From NCBI GenBank assembly GCA_963741305.1, contig CAVUHL010000003.1, positions 4,403,973-4,467,972 of the forward strand: a stretch of 64,000 nt of DNA, written 5' to 3'. This DNA is from an uncultured Holophagales bacterium. Lineage in GTDB: Bacteria > Acidobacteriota > Thermoanaerobaculia > Multivoradales > UBA5704. The notes beneath the pieces are model-generated. The model made no database searches and was not told where the DNA came from. It saw only the letters and a list, made by a program, of their open reading frames with translations. The translations under genes and the position numbers were made by a program. Of the stretch, positions 47,972-57,112 are shown piece by piece; the stretch's first letter is position 1; every line of letters starts with the position of its first letter.

Positions 47972-48638
47972 ACCGGCGATCGCCGACACGATCCAGTACG
48001 CGCTCGAATCGGAAGGGTTCCGGTGCCAGCGCCTGGAGGTGGGCGCCGGCGTGGTCGAGGTACTCGACAGTCAGCCGGTGGCGCTGGTAGTCCTCGACAT
48101 CGGCCTGCCGGACATGAGCGGCATCGAAGTGTGCCGGAGGATCCGGGAACGGCACGACGTACCGGTCATCTTTCTCACGGCGCGCAGCGGCGAGGTGGAC
48201 CGCGTCGTCGGGCTGGAGCTCGGGGCGGATGACTATGTGACCAAGCCCTTCAGCCCGAGGGAGCTCGCGGCCCGGGCGAAAGCGGTTCTGAGGCGCGCCC
48301 AGCGTGGCGGCGCTACTTCGTCGACGGCACCAACGCCGCCCTCTGGCACCACTTTCGTTCTCGATGAGGAGCGGCGCCAGATCTCCTACTTCGGCACGCC
48401 CCTCGATCTGTCGCGTTACGAATACAAGCTGCTGTGCGTCCTGCTCAAAAAGCCTGGCCGCGTCTACAGCCGCGATCAGCTCCTCGACCTCGTCTGGGAT
48501 TCGCCCGAGGCCAGCCTGGACCGCACGGTCGATGCCCACGTCAAGAATTTGCGCGCGAAGCTCCGGGACATCCGGCCGGACGCCGATCCGATCGCAACCC
48601 ATCGCGGAACCGGCTACTCGCTCAAGGAAGGCTTATGA
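47934..48638 (+). CDS. OmpR-family response regulator
   Basis: Receiver domain (VVEDEP...VVLDIGLPDMSG) and a winged-helix trans_reg_C DNA-binding domain (RVYSRDQLLDLVWD). Confidence 0.85.
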   Translation: MMDKPTILVVEDEPAIADTIQYALESEGFRCQRLEVGAGVVEVLDSQPVALVVLDIGLPDMSGIEVCRRIRERHDVPVIFLTARSGEVDRVVGLELGADDYVTKPFSPRELAARAKAVLRRAQRGGATSSTAPTPPSGTTFVLDEERRQISYFGTPLDLSRYEYKLLCVLLKKPGRVYSRDQLLDLVWDSPEASLDRTVDAHVKNLRAKLRDIRPDADPIATHRGTGYSLKEGL

Positions 48639-50071
48639 AGCTCGGCTTCCGGATCTTTCTCTTTTACCTCGCCATCTTCACGGCCTGTCTCTACTTCACC
48701 ACCGACTGGATCTGGACGACGCTCCGCACGCGCTACCTGGAAAGCATGGAAGAACCGCTCGTCGACGCGGCCAACCTCCTCGCGAGCCGGATCGAGCAGG
48801 ACATGACGCGGCCGGGTTTCGACCTCGCCGACCTGGAAGCCTCTCTGCACCGGGCCCATTCCCGCAAGCTCTCCGCCCGGATCTACGACCTCGATAAGTC
48901 AAAAGTGGACCTGGAGGTCTACATCACCGACGCCTCCGGCAAAGTCGTGCTCGACACGCGCCATCCCGGGGCGGTGGGCGAGGACTACAGCCGTTTCCAC
49001 GACGTGAAGCTCACCCTGGCCGGCCAGTACGGAGTCCGCGCCTCTCTCCGGGATCCGGGCGATCCGTTCTCAACCGCGCTTTACATCGGCGCGCCGATCT
49101 ATCGGGACAGGCACGTGGCCGGAGTGCTGACCCTCGTCGAGCCGACCGCCAACATCGACGCCTTCCTGCAACTCGCCCGGCCCGCCTTCGTCCGCGCAGC
49201 GCTCCTCACCGTCTGTGCCGCGGCTCTGCTCAGCCTCGCCCTCTCCTATTGGTTGACCCGCCCCATCGATCGCCTCGCGCGCTACGCAGACGACATCAGC
49301 CAGGGGAAACATCCGTCCTTTCCAAAGCTCGGACGCACCGAGATCGCCGACCTCGGCCTGGCGCTCCGCCGCATGCAGGAGGCATTGGAAGGCAAGCAAT
49401 ACGCGGAAGAGTACGTCCAGACGCTCACGCACGAGCTCAAGAGCCCGCTCTCCGCGATCCGCGGAGCCGCGGAGCTTTTGCACGAGGGAATGCCGCCGCC
49501 ACAGCAGGCCCGCTTCCTCGCCAACATCCGCAACGAAGCCGAGCGGATCGCGCGCATCGTTGATCGAATGCTGGAGCTGGCCCGGCTCGAGAACCGCCGC
49601 GAAAAACCGGACATGGAGCCGGTAGACCTGAGCGCGATGGTGCGCACCGTCGTCGAAAGCCACGAGCCCCTGCTGGCCACTAAGAACGTCAAGATGGAAG
49701 TCAGCCTTCCAGACCGGCCGATCCTCGACGGCAACACGTTCCTCCTGCATCAGGCGCTGGAAAACCTCGTCCAGAACGCAATCGAGTTCAGTCCGAGCGG
49801 CGGGATTGTGAGCGTGGCAGTGATCAACGAGCCCGACCAAGTGACGATTACCGTCAAGGACGAGGGCCCCGGAATCCCCGAGTATGCCCTCGACCGGATC
49901 TTCGAACGCTTCTACTCGCTGGGCCGCCCCGACACCGGCAAGAAGAGCACGGGCCTGGGGCTGAACTTCGTCAGGGAGGCGACGAAATCACACGGAGGGA
50001 CGATCGAAGTGACCAATCGTCCCGAGGGCGGAGCGCTCGCGGTGCTCACGCTGCCGCGGGGGAGGAGCTGA
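48635..50071 (+). CDS. Sensor histidine kinase (two TM, HAMP, HisKA, HATPase_c)
   Basis: H-box LTHELKSPL. N/G boxes (QNAIEFS, DEGPGIP, GLGL). ATGA overlap with the response-regulator gene. Confidence 0.85.
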   Translation: MKLGFRIFLFYLAIFTACLYFTTDWIWTTLRTRYLESMEEPLVDAANLLASRIEQDMTRPGFDLADLEASLHRAHSRKLSARIYDLDKSKVDLEVYITDASGKVVLDTRHPGAVGEDYSRFHDVKLTLAGQYGVRASLRDPGDPFSTALYIGAPIYRDRHVAGVLTLVEPTANIDAFLQLARPAFVRAALLTVCAAALLSLALSYWLTRPIDRLARYADDISQGKHPSFPKLGRTEIADLGLALRRMQEALEGKQYAEEYVQTLTHELKSPLSAIRGAAELLHEGMPPPQQARFLANIRNEAERIARIVDRMLELARLENRREKPDMEPVDLSAMVRTVVESHEPLLATKNVKMEVSLPDRPILDGNTFLLHQALENLVQNAIEFSPSGGIVSVAVINEPDQVTITVKDEGPGIPEYALDRIFERFYSLGRPDTGKKSTGLGLNFVREATKSHGGTIEVTNRPEGGALAVLTLPRGRS

Positions 50072-50136
50072 GATCCTGCAATCTCCGGCCGCTTCGTCTC
50101 ACTTACTTCTCTGAAACAAACTGGAGGAGGACTGGG

Positions 50137-51798
50137 ATGACTGACTCGAATGGCTCAGGCTGGACCCGCCGCAATTTCCTGGAACTGGCAGGCAAGGCCG
50201 GAGGCGCCGCGGCCGTCTACGAATCCATGGTAGCCCTGGGGCTCCTGAAAGTACCCGCGGCGTGGGCGGGTCCACCGGAGATCCCCGACGGCATCGGAGC
50301 CGGCAAAAACGTCGTCATCCTCGGCGCTGGCATCGCAGGCCTCACGGCCGCCTACATGCTGCGCGCGAAGGGGTACAACTGCATCGTCCTGGAGGCCCAA
50401 GCGCACGCGGGTGGCCGCAGCCTCACGGCCCGGAAGGGAACCAAGGTGGCCGAGATCATCAACTCCAAGCCGGTCACCCAGACCTGTGAGTTCGATCCCG
50501 GGCTCTACCTCAACCTCGGCCCCGGGCGCATTCCCTATCATCACCGCCGCGCGCTGCACTACTGCCGCGTGCTCGAGGTTCCACTCGAAGTCTATGTGAT
50601 GGAAACCACGGCTAACGTTCTCTATGGAGGACCGGATGCGTTCGCAGGTGAGGCGATGGTCAACCGGCGCATTGCGAACGATACCCGCGGCTACATCGCC
50701 GAGCTTCTCACCAAGGCCGTATCGGCCGGGGCCCTCAACGATCAGTTGCCGACCGAGGAGATGCGGATCCAGCTCAAGAGCCTCCTCACCGCCTTCGGTG
50801 ATCTCAAGGACGGGAAATACACCGGCTCCAGCCGTTCGGGTTGTACCCCGCCTAGCGTCTCTCGGAACTGCACCCCGGCACCTGCTCTGACGCTGGACGA
50901 GCTTCTCAAAGCCCGGTTCTGGAACAGCAGGGAGGCGAACCTCCGCTTTTACCAACCGGTGGACTTCCTCTGGCAACCGACCCTCTTCCAGCCCGTGGGT
51001 GGGATGGACATGCTCGTCAATGGTTTCGAAAAATCGCTGGGCTCGATAATCCGCAGGAGCTGTGTGGCGACCGCCATCCAGATCAAGGACAACAGCGTCG
51101 TCGTTGCCTTCAAAGATCAGAGCGGCAGGCCGCAGCAGGTGGAGGCCGACTACTGCATCAGCAACATTCCGCTCCCGGTCCTCCAGAAGATCCCGGCCAA
51201 CTTCCAACCCAAGTACAAGGATGCCATCCAGAAAGCCATCTTCGATCCCTCCTGCAAGGTGGGCTGGCAGGCCGAAAGGCGGTTCTGGGAAGAGGAAGAT
51301 GAGATCTACGGCGGGATCAGTTGGTCATCCGACCCCATCACCCAGATGTGGTACCCGTCAAACGACTGGCAGACCGGCAAGGGAACTCTGACGGGCGCGT
51401 ACAACTATGGCGATCACGCCAAAGCTTTTGGTGCGGCGGAACCGCCGGCGCGCCTGCTCTGGGCAAGGGAGCAGGGTGGCCGCCTTCATGCCGCCATCAA
51501 GGACTCGAAGGTGGTGGGCCGCGGCATCTCCATCGCATGGCAAAACGTTCCCTACCAGATGGGCGCCTGGGCCAACTGGCAAGGCACCGGTGACGCATAC
51601 GGTACCCTCCTCGTCCCGGACCGCCGCTTCTTCGTGACCGGGGACCAGGTCTCGCAGCTTCCTGGCTGGCAGGAAGGGGCGATGATGTCCGCCGAGCACG
51701 TCGTGAAGCAGATCGCGGGCGTCCTCCCCAAGGCCCTGGAAGGGCTCGAAGCCGTCGAGGCCCCCGACACCCGGGCTCTGGTGGAAGGAAGCAACTAG
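50137..51798 (+). CDS. Tat-secreted flavin-containing amine oxidase family protein (L-amino-acid/monoamine oxidase-like)
   Basis: Twin-arginine motif RRNFLEL. FAD-binding GxGxxG (VVILGAGIAGL). Amino_oxidase-type C-terminal region. Confidence 0.75.
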   Translation: MTDSNGSGWTRRNFLELAGKAGGAAAVYESMVALGLLKVPAAWAGPPEIPDGIGAGKNVVILGAGIAGLTAAYMLRAKGYNCIVLEAQAHAGGRSLTARKGTKVAEIINSKPVTQTCEFDPGLYLNLGPGRIPYHHRRALHYCRVLEVPLEVYVMETTANVLYGGPDAFAGEAMVNRRIANDTRGYIAELLTKAVSAGALNDQLPTEEMRIQLKSLLTAFGDLKDGKYTGSSRSGCTPPSVSRNCTPAPALTLDELLKARFWNSREANLRFYQPVDFLWQPTLFQPVGGMDMLVNGFEKSLGSIIRRSCVATAIQIKDNSVVVAFKDQSGRPQQVEADYCISNIPLPVLQKIPANFQPKYKDAIQKAIFDPSCKVGWQAERRFWEEEDEIYGGISWSSDPITQMWYPSNDWQTGKGTLTGAYNYGDHAKAFGAAEPPARLLWAREQGGRLHAAIKDSKVVGRGISIAWQNVPYQMGAWANWQGTGDAYGTLLVPDRRFFVTGDQVSQLPGWQEGAMMSAEHVVKQIAGVLPKALEGLEAVEAPDTRALVEGSN

Positions 51799-51810
51799 AG
51801 GAAGAAACCG

Positions 51811-51841
51811 TCTTCGGCCCCGGTCCGCGCCGGGGCCGAAG
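51811..51841. terminator. GC-rich stem-loop between convergent genes
   Basis: CTTCGGCCCCGG-tccgcg-CCGGGGCCGAAG forms a 12-bp stem. No clear U-tract. Confidence 0.35.
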
Positions 51842-51843
51842 GT

Positions 51844-52368
51844 TCAGCGGTTCAGGATCAAGAGGTACTCGCGCCAAACACCGACCTCCTGCGTGTACCG
51901 CTTTGCCATGACGCGAGCGATCTGGGCGATGTGGTTGAGGTCGTGAACGGCCCATGCCGCCAGAAGTTGTCGCAGATTGACCGAACCGAGCTCGGGATGG
52001 CGCCCCGGCAGTGCCAACTGAGCATCGGTGAGCTGCCAGCTCCTGACGATCTCGAGATTGGCTTGGCGAAGCTCCGCGAAGCTGTCGAGGAGCTGGTCCA
52101 GCGGCCAGCCTGCAAAGCGATTGAACTGGGCAAAGCGGTCAAACGGTTCGAACGGCCGGCTTTCGCCGTGTTCCAGGATGATCCGGGCGCGAGGAACCCA
52201 GTCGGTCTCCTCGCCGTGGATGAGATGGCCCACAACGTCGAACGCGCTCCAAGTGTCGGGGCCTTCGTCGATGCTGTGCCAGGAAGCGCTCGTGCCGCGA
52301 AGGAGGGTATCCACCACGGCAGGAGTGCGCTCCAGAATGTCGAGTGTCTCAGAAAGGTTGAAACTCAC
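51844..52368 (-). CDS. DinB_2-family protein
   Basis: Conserved His-containing helices (HLIHGEETDW, HDLNHIAQI) of the DinB/YfiT superfamily. Confidence 0.65.
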   Translation of the reverse strand: MSFNLSETLDILERTPAVVDTLLRGTSASWHSIDEGPDTWSAFDVVGHLIHGEETDWVPRARIILEHGESRPFEPFDRFAQFNRFAGWPLDQLLDSFAELRQANLEIVRSWQLTDAQLALPGRHPELGSVNLRQLLAAWAVHDLNHIAQIARVMAKRYTQEVGVWREYLLILNR

Positions 52369-53123
52369 GTGGTCCTCTCGTCCGTTCGTCCCATGTCTGG
52401 TGCCCCCCCGGGAGGCGGCAGTATCTTCCTGACGAGAGCTATGACAGCTTGGCGGTCAGCCTCAGTAGCTAGCTGCGACCCCCGAAAGATAACCTGTGTA
52501 TCGTGACTCTCCCAAAGACCAGAAAAGATATCGGCAACAGCTTGGACTACCGCCGAGTGGCGCAAGACTACTGCCGCCACGTTGTTGTTTCCGCCTGCCA
52601 TCGGAAAACCGATAACGGCGACATCATCTGCAATCATAAAATCGAACTGAGGGCCACCGCCAATGAAATACCGGACCTCAGCGAAATCCCGATAGAGGAA
52701 ATCTCTGACGAGGCTGTCCACGTGTCCTCTGGCGTTCGGCGCAAGCCTAATCAAGCGACGAAAGTCTTCAAGTGGAGAGGAGCTGCTGGCAAGGTTCTCC
52801 ACAATAATGCTAAAGTACCTCTCCTCGCCAACGCCGTCACCGGCATGAGTTCGGGCGGTCCAGACCCTTAGCCGGGCGTGCCGGGCAAGGAGCTCCAGAA
52901 ATGACATAACGTTCCTGTAGCCCACAACTACAAATGACTTGCGACTGAATGCAAGTAACAGCCACAAAAGCGAAGCCCCGCCTGCAGTCCATAGAATGAC
53001 TCGGATCGGTCCCTGAGGTTCCGAGGTGAAGCCGGGCACAGCGCTAAGGCCTAGTGATAAAAAAGTTGCAAGTGCAGCAAGAATTTCGAGACGAGTCCAC
53101 TTTCGCAAGAGGTAGCGCAGCAT
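52365..53123 (-). CDS. Hypothetical N-terminally anchored membrane protein
   Basis: Two N-terminal TM helices and a soluble C-terminal domain. Lies in the lower-GC (~50-55%) segment. Confidence 0.4.
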   Translation of the reverse strand: MLRYLLRKWTRLEILAALATFLSLGLSAVPGFTSEPQGPIRVILWTAGGASLLWLLLAFSRKSFVVVGYRNVMSFLELLARHARLRVWTARTHAGDGVGEERYFSIIVENLASSSSPLEDFRRLIRLAPNARGHVDSLVRDFLYRDFAEVRYFIGGGPQFDFMIADDVAVIGFPMAGGNNNVAAVVLRHSAVVQAVADIFSGLWESHDTQVIFRGSQLATEADRQAVIALVRKILPPPGGAPDMGRTDERTT

Positions 53124-53798
53124 ATTCCTCCGTTGCTTGCCTGGGATGCGCTAGCCAACAGCGCGATATAATACCGCCTAGCCTTAGATTAGTAATTCGC
53201 CTTTCCGTGCCCTACGGCAGATGCCGGCAATTCGGACTCCCGCGTAAGATTCGCAAAACACATAGACTTAGCAAGTTTAAACCTGGCTCGGATAGGTGTC
53301 AACCTCGACACAGAGACCGACCGAAGCTACCCCGCATCTCCGGGTCCGGCTTCGCTGATGCGGAAGGCTTCGCGGTGAGTGGGGAAACTCCCCGAGGCGG
53401 GTAGGGGCTTTCCTCGACGACCGTGGAAACTTCCGGGACGTCCAGGAACCTCCCACGACGAGTGAGGAGACGCATTGGACTCGATCTCGGCGCATCCGAA
53501 AAGACTTTCGGCGCTTCAGATTTGCATCTGGCGCACTCGAAAAGACTTCGAGTCCATTAGATTGGAGAGCAGCGCCCTCGAAAAGACTTCGGCTCCCTGA
53601 GATCTCGATTTGAATTCGACCGCGCTATTTGTCTTTTTTACGCGCTCGTTTTTCATTTCGGAGAGGTCCGACCTGATTCCGGCTCCAATATATTGAATAC
53701 CGTCGCGCTCGACGGCATTTTCAGGGCATCGAGCTCATCTTCGACGCGCCGTTTCTGATTTTAGCGCCCTTGCGGCGATCCGCCGCTTGATGCCCTGG

Positions 53799-54443
53799 CT
53801 AGAGCGCACCGTTAGCACCTTCCGCACGTTGGCGAGCGTGGGCGTCATAGTCGTCGAAACGCCAACGCTGGTACACGTAAAACAAATACGTAAGTAGCAG
53901 TGCACCGGTAATTCCCGCAACAGCATTCACCCAGGAGGGCGCGGAAGGGCTTAGAAAACGGATAAGAAGGGCCATACCCACACCGGCCACGACATTGTTG
54001 ATGACCGCGATCATGCTTGCTGTGGTGCCGAAAAACGCGAGTGCGGAACCAAACCTCAGTGCGGGCGATTCCACTTCCGGCCAGCGGCCGTATTTCGATG
54101 CGAAGTGGCGCGCCGCCTCGGGGCCGAGAGTGCGATAGTAACCACGGATGCGAGCGATTCCGGTCAGGTACTGCATGCTTTCGAGCGCGGTTTCGACCAA
54201 CCTTATAACGGTGAAAACCCCAAGCAAAAAAATTGCTGGCAGCGAGATGGCGGCGAATGGGACTAGCAGGTTGGTGGAGCCTGCGACAAATCCCATCGCA
54301 ACCAGCGAGCTAGAAAGCGCCATGACATAGAGCGTGCTGCGGGCGGAAGCTTCCGAGTATGTGGAATTGTTTGCTGTTTGCAGTACGAAGTGCTCCGTAG
54401 TGAGGGCCGAGAGCAAAGCGGTCTGCTCCGCTTGTTCATCCAT
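53799..54443 (-). CDS. Hypothetical multi-pass membrane protein
   Basis: Hydrophobic helices throughout. Probable start MDEQAEQ at 54443. Lower-GC segment. Confidence 0.4.
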   Translation of the reverse strand: MDEQAEQTALLSALTTEHFVLQTANNSTYSEASARSTLYVMALSSSLVAMGFVAGSTNLLVPFAAISLPAIFLLGVFTVIRLVETALESMQYLTGIARIRGYYRTLGPEAARHFASKYGRWPEVESPALRFGSALAFFGTTASMIAVINNVVAGVGMALLIRFLSPSAPSWVNAVAGITGALLLTYLFYVYQRWRFDDYDAHARQRAEGANGAL

Positions 54444-54588
54444 CTGTGAGCCCCTTAAGCTTGCGAGTAGTATTAGAATAGACTTAGGAAGTCTACGCAC
54501 GTCAACCAGGAGGTGTCAAACACGGCGGTTGAAATCGGGATGCGGATGGTTGAACCCGCGGGTTGGGAGGCCGGCCCGCGGGGTTTGT

Positions 54589-55101
54589 TTACTCCATCAG
54601 CTTGTGGTCGTAGCTCACGACCCGCGCGAGCTTCCAGCCGCTGGCGTCCTTCTTCCAGACCTGGGTGAATTTGGAGATCTCCACCAGCTTTTCCGGCTGG
54701 CCTTCGGTTAGCTTGTAGAAGCGGTGGACTCCCACCTCGACGGCACCGTAGTTGTTGAGGGGGTAGACCTCCAAGGTGCCTTCGACAAGTTCCCGTCTCG
54801 CCCGGTAGTCCTCGCCCGTCTTCTGCCTCTCGCACATCCCCCGGATGTTCTCCACGAACTGGGCTCCGGAGGTCGAAACCAGCCCGCCCTTGTCGTGGTA
54901 CATCTCGAAGTCGTCGGTCACGAGGCCCGCCAGGGCCTGGGTGTCGCAGGTGTCGAAGACGGCGCCGAAGAGCTTCTGGTCGTGGGCGGCGATTTCGTCG
55001 TAGAGTTCCTTCGTGGCGACCGGGCCGGCCGTTTGAGCGCTCAAACCGGTCGCAGCCAGCAGCAAGGCCAGACAGGTGTTCCGGAGTATTTTGATGGTCA
55101 T
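54589..55101 (-). CDS. Secreted SnoaL-like/DUF4440 (NTF2-fold) protein
   Basis: Signal peptide. GGAGGAGGAG RBS. NTF2-like length and composition. Confidence 0.5.
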   Translation of the reverse strand: MTIKILRNTCLALLLAATGLSAQTAGPVATKELYDEIAAHDQKLFGAVFDTCDTQALAGLVTDDFEMYHDKGGLVSTSGAQFVENIRGMCERQKTGEDYRARRELVEGTLEVYPLNNYGAVEVGVHRFYKLTEGQPEKLVEISKFTQVWKKDASGWKLARVVSYDHKLME

Positions 55102-55150
55102 GGGTCCTCTCCTCCTCCCCCGCCCCTACGGAGAGCCCGCGAAGGAGGTT

Positions 55151-55579
55151 TCAGGGCACCGAGGCCTCCAGGCGGCGCCAGAAGAAGTACGAGAGCCCCC
55201 AGAGCACGCTGGTGGCCGCCGCAAAGCCCCACGCCTCCGGGCCATCTCCCACAGAGAGGTGGGCGATGAGCGCAGAGCCGAGGGTGATGGCGAAGCCGGC
55301 GTAGGCCCACTCCTTGAGACGCGCCGGCACCGGCGCAAGCAACAGCACCACGCCGAGGAGCTTGGCCCACGCGAGCTCCACCCGGAAGTAGCCGGGGAAG
55401 CCGAGAGCGGTGAACGCCTCCGCTACCTGCGGCAGGCGTAGTTGCGCGTAGGCCGTGAAGCCTATCTGCAGGCAGAAGAGCGCGGTGACGATCCAGAAGC
55501 CGATGACGACTCCTTTGGAGCGGGGCATGCTCAAGTCCATGGGTGAGACGGCGCCGCTGCTTTCCAATGTCGTATTCAT
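55151..55579 (-). CDS. DoxX-family membrane protein
   Basis: 4-TM ~140-aa protein. AAGGAGG RBS before ATG 55579. Divergent from the ECF sigma gene. Confidence 0.55.
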   Translation of the reverse strand: MNTTLESSGAVSPMDLSMPRSKGVVIGFWIVTALFCLQIGFTAYAQLRLPQVAEAFTALGFPGYFRVELAWAKLLGVVLLLAPVPARLKEWAYAGFAITLGSALIAHLSVGDGPEAWGFAAATSVLWGLSYFFWRRLEASVP

Positions 55580-55655
55580 GTCATCCTCCTTGTCAGTATG
55601 ACGGACCACTCGTCCGTCAGTTACCATGACGAAGCGCGACGAGAAAGTGTGACCG

Positions 55656-56540
55656 ATGACCGAACACGATTATCTGGCCGAGCGATTCGAAGAGCACCGA
55701 ACCCACCTGCGCGCCGTGGCTTACCGGATGCTCGGCTCGTTGAGCGAGGTGGACGACGCCGTTCAGGAAGCGTGGCTGCGACTGAGCCGCGCCAATGCCG
55801 CCGATGCCACGGGCATCGACAATCTTGGCGGATGGCTGACCACGGTCGTCGCGCGCGTATGCCTCGACATGCTGCGGTCGCGCCAATCGCGGCGCGAGGA
55901 GCCGTTCGCCTCAGACGCGCCGGAGCCGGCCGCGACTGGCACGCGCGGGAGCAGCCCCGAGCAGGAAGCGCTCCTCGCGGATTCGGTCGGGCTCGCGCTG
56001 CTCGTCGTGCTCGACAGGCTGACGCCAGCGGAACGCCTCGCCTTTGTGCTGCATGACATGTTCGCCGTGCCGTTCGAGGAGATCGCGTCCATCGTCGGCC
56101 GTTCCGCGGAGGCGGCGCGGCAGCTCGCCAGCCGCGCGCGGCGCCAGGTGCGCGGCGGCGCGGCGGCGCCCGACCCCGATCTCGTTCGGCAGCGCGAGGT
56201 CGTCGATGCCTTTCTTGCCGCATTACGCGGCGGCGATTTCGAAGGCCTGCTCGCCGTCCTCGATCCGGATCTCGTGGTTCGCACGGACATGGTCCCGCCC
56301 GGCGCGCCGGCCGAGACCCGTGGCGCGGCGGTCTGGGCGAAGCAGGCGGTGGTCTTCGGGCACCTCGCGCAGCTCGTGCGGCCCGCGCTCGTGAATGGGG
56401 CCATCGGCGTCGTAATGGCGCCGCGAGGACGATTGTCCAGAGCGCTCACCTTCAAGACCGCGAACGGAAAGATCACTGAGATCGAGGTCATCGGCGATCA
56501 GGCGCGGCTCGGCGAGCTCGACGTGTCTATCGTCGACTGA
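55656..56540 (+). CDS. ECF sigma-70 factor (SigJ-like, with C-terminal SnoaL-like extension)
   Basis: Region 2 (DAVQEAWLRL) and region 4 (LTPAERLAFVLHDMFAVPFEEIA) motifs. ~100-aa C-terminal extension. Confidence 0.8.
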   Translation: MTEHDYLAERFEEHRTHLRAVAYRMLGSLSEVDDAVQEAWLRLSRANAADATGIDNLGGWLTTVVARVCLDMLRSRQSRREEPFASDAPEPAATGTRGSSPEQEALLADSVGLALLVVLDRLTPAERLAFVLHDMFAVPFEEIASIVGRSAEAARQLASRARRQVRGGAAAPDPDLVRQREVVDAFLAALRGGDFEGLLAVLDPDLVVRTDMVPPGAPAETRGAAVWAKQAVVFGHLAQLVRPALVNGAIGVVMAPRGRLSRALTFKTANGKITEIEVIGDQARLGELDVSIVD

Positions 56541-56684
56541 GAGCACGCCCCCCGGTCATCATCCATCCCTGTGCACCCGGGCGGGGACAAGCCCCGCCCC
56601 TACATCCTCCACCCCGGCTTTGCCTCGCCAGATCCCCGCGCGCCTACGCAGAACGCGGCAAAAGGTTGCAGCCTGACAAGCCTT

Positions 56685-56745
56685 GACATTCTAGGCATGG
56701 GCTCCCTAACATTGCCTTGTCGTTCTAGGTATCACCTTTCAGCCT
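56685..56745 (+). promoter_or_regulatory. Putative padR promoter (TTGACA-N18-TAACAT) with direct repeats TTCTAGGCAT / TTCTAGGTAT
   Basis: -35 TTGACA at ~56686, -10 TAACAT ~18 nt downstream. Two copies of TTCTAGG(C/T)AT flank the -10 and are likely PadR operator half-sites. Confidence 0.35.
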
Positions 56746-56758
56746 GGAGGCCAGACGA

Positions 56759-57103
56759 GTGACGCGACAGAAAGCGGATAAGAAAGCGGACCTGCTGCAG
56801 GGCACGCTCGACATGCTCATCCTGAAGGCCGTCTCGCTCGGCGCGCTGCACGGCTACGGCATCATTCAGCGCATCCGCCAGATGTCTGACGAGATGCTGG
56901 ATGTGGAGCAGGGCTCTCTCTACCCGGCGCTCTACCGGATCGAGCAGCAGGGCTGGGTCTCTTCGAAATGGGACGTGAACGATACGGGCCGGCGCGCCAA
57001 GTTCTACACGCTTACCAAGACCGGCAAGGCCCAGCTCGAATCCGAGGAGGCGAGCTGGGACCGCCTAGTCCTTGCCGTCGCCAAAATCCGGCAGGCCACC
57101 TGA
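56759..57103 (+). CDS. PadR-family transcriptional regulator
   Basis: GTG start with GGAGG 9 nt upstream. PadR wHTH (LDMLILKAVSLGALHGYGIIQRI...GSLYPALYRIEQQGW). Confidence 0.8.
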   Translation: MTRQKADKKADLLQGTLDMLILKAVSLGALHGYGIIQRIRQMSDEMLDVEQGSLYPALYRIEQQGWVSSKWDVNDTGRRAKFYTLTKTGKAQLESEEASWDRLVLAVAKIRQAT

Positions 57104-57112
57104 GGGAGCCAT

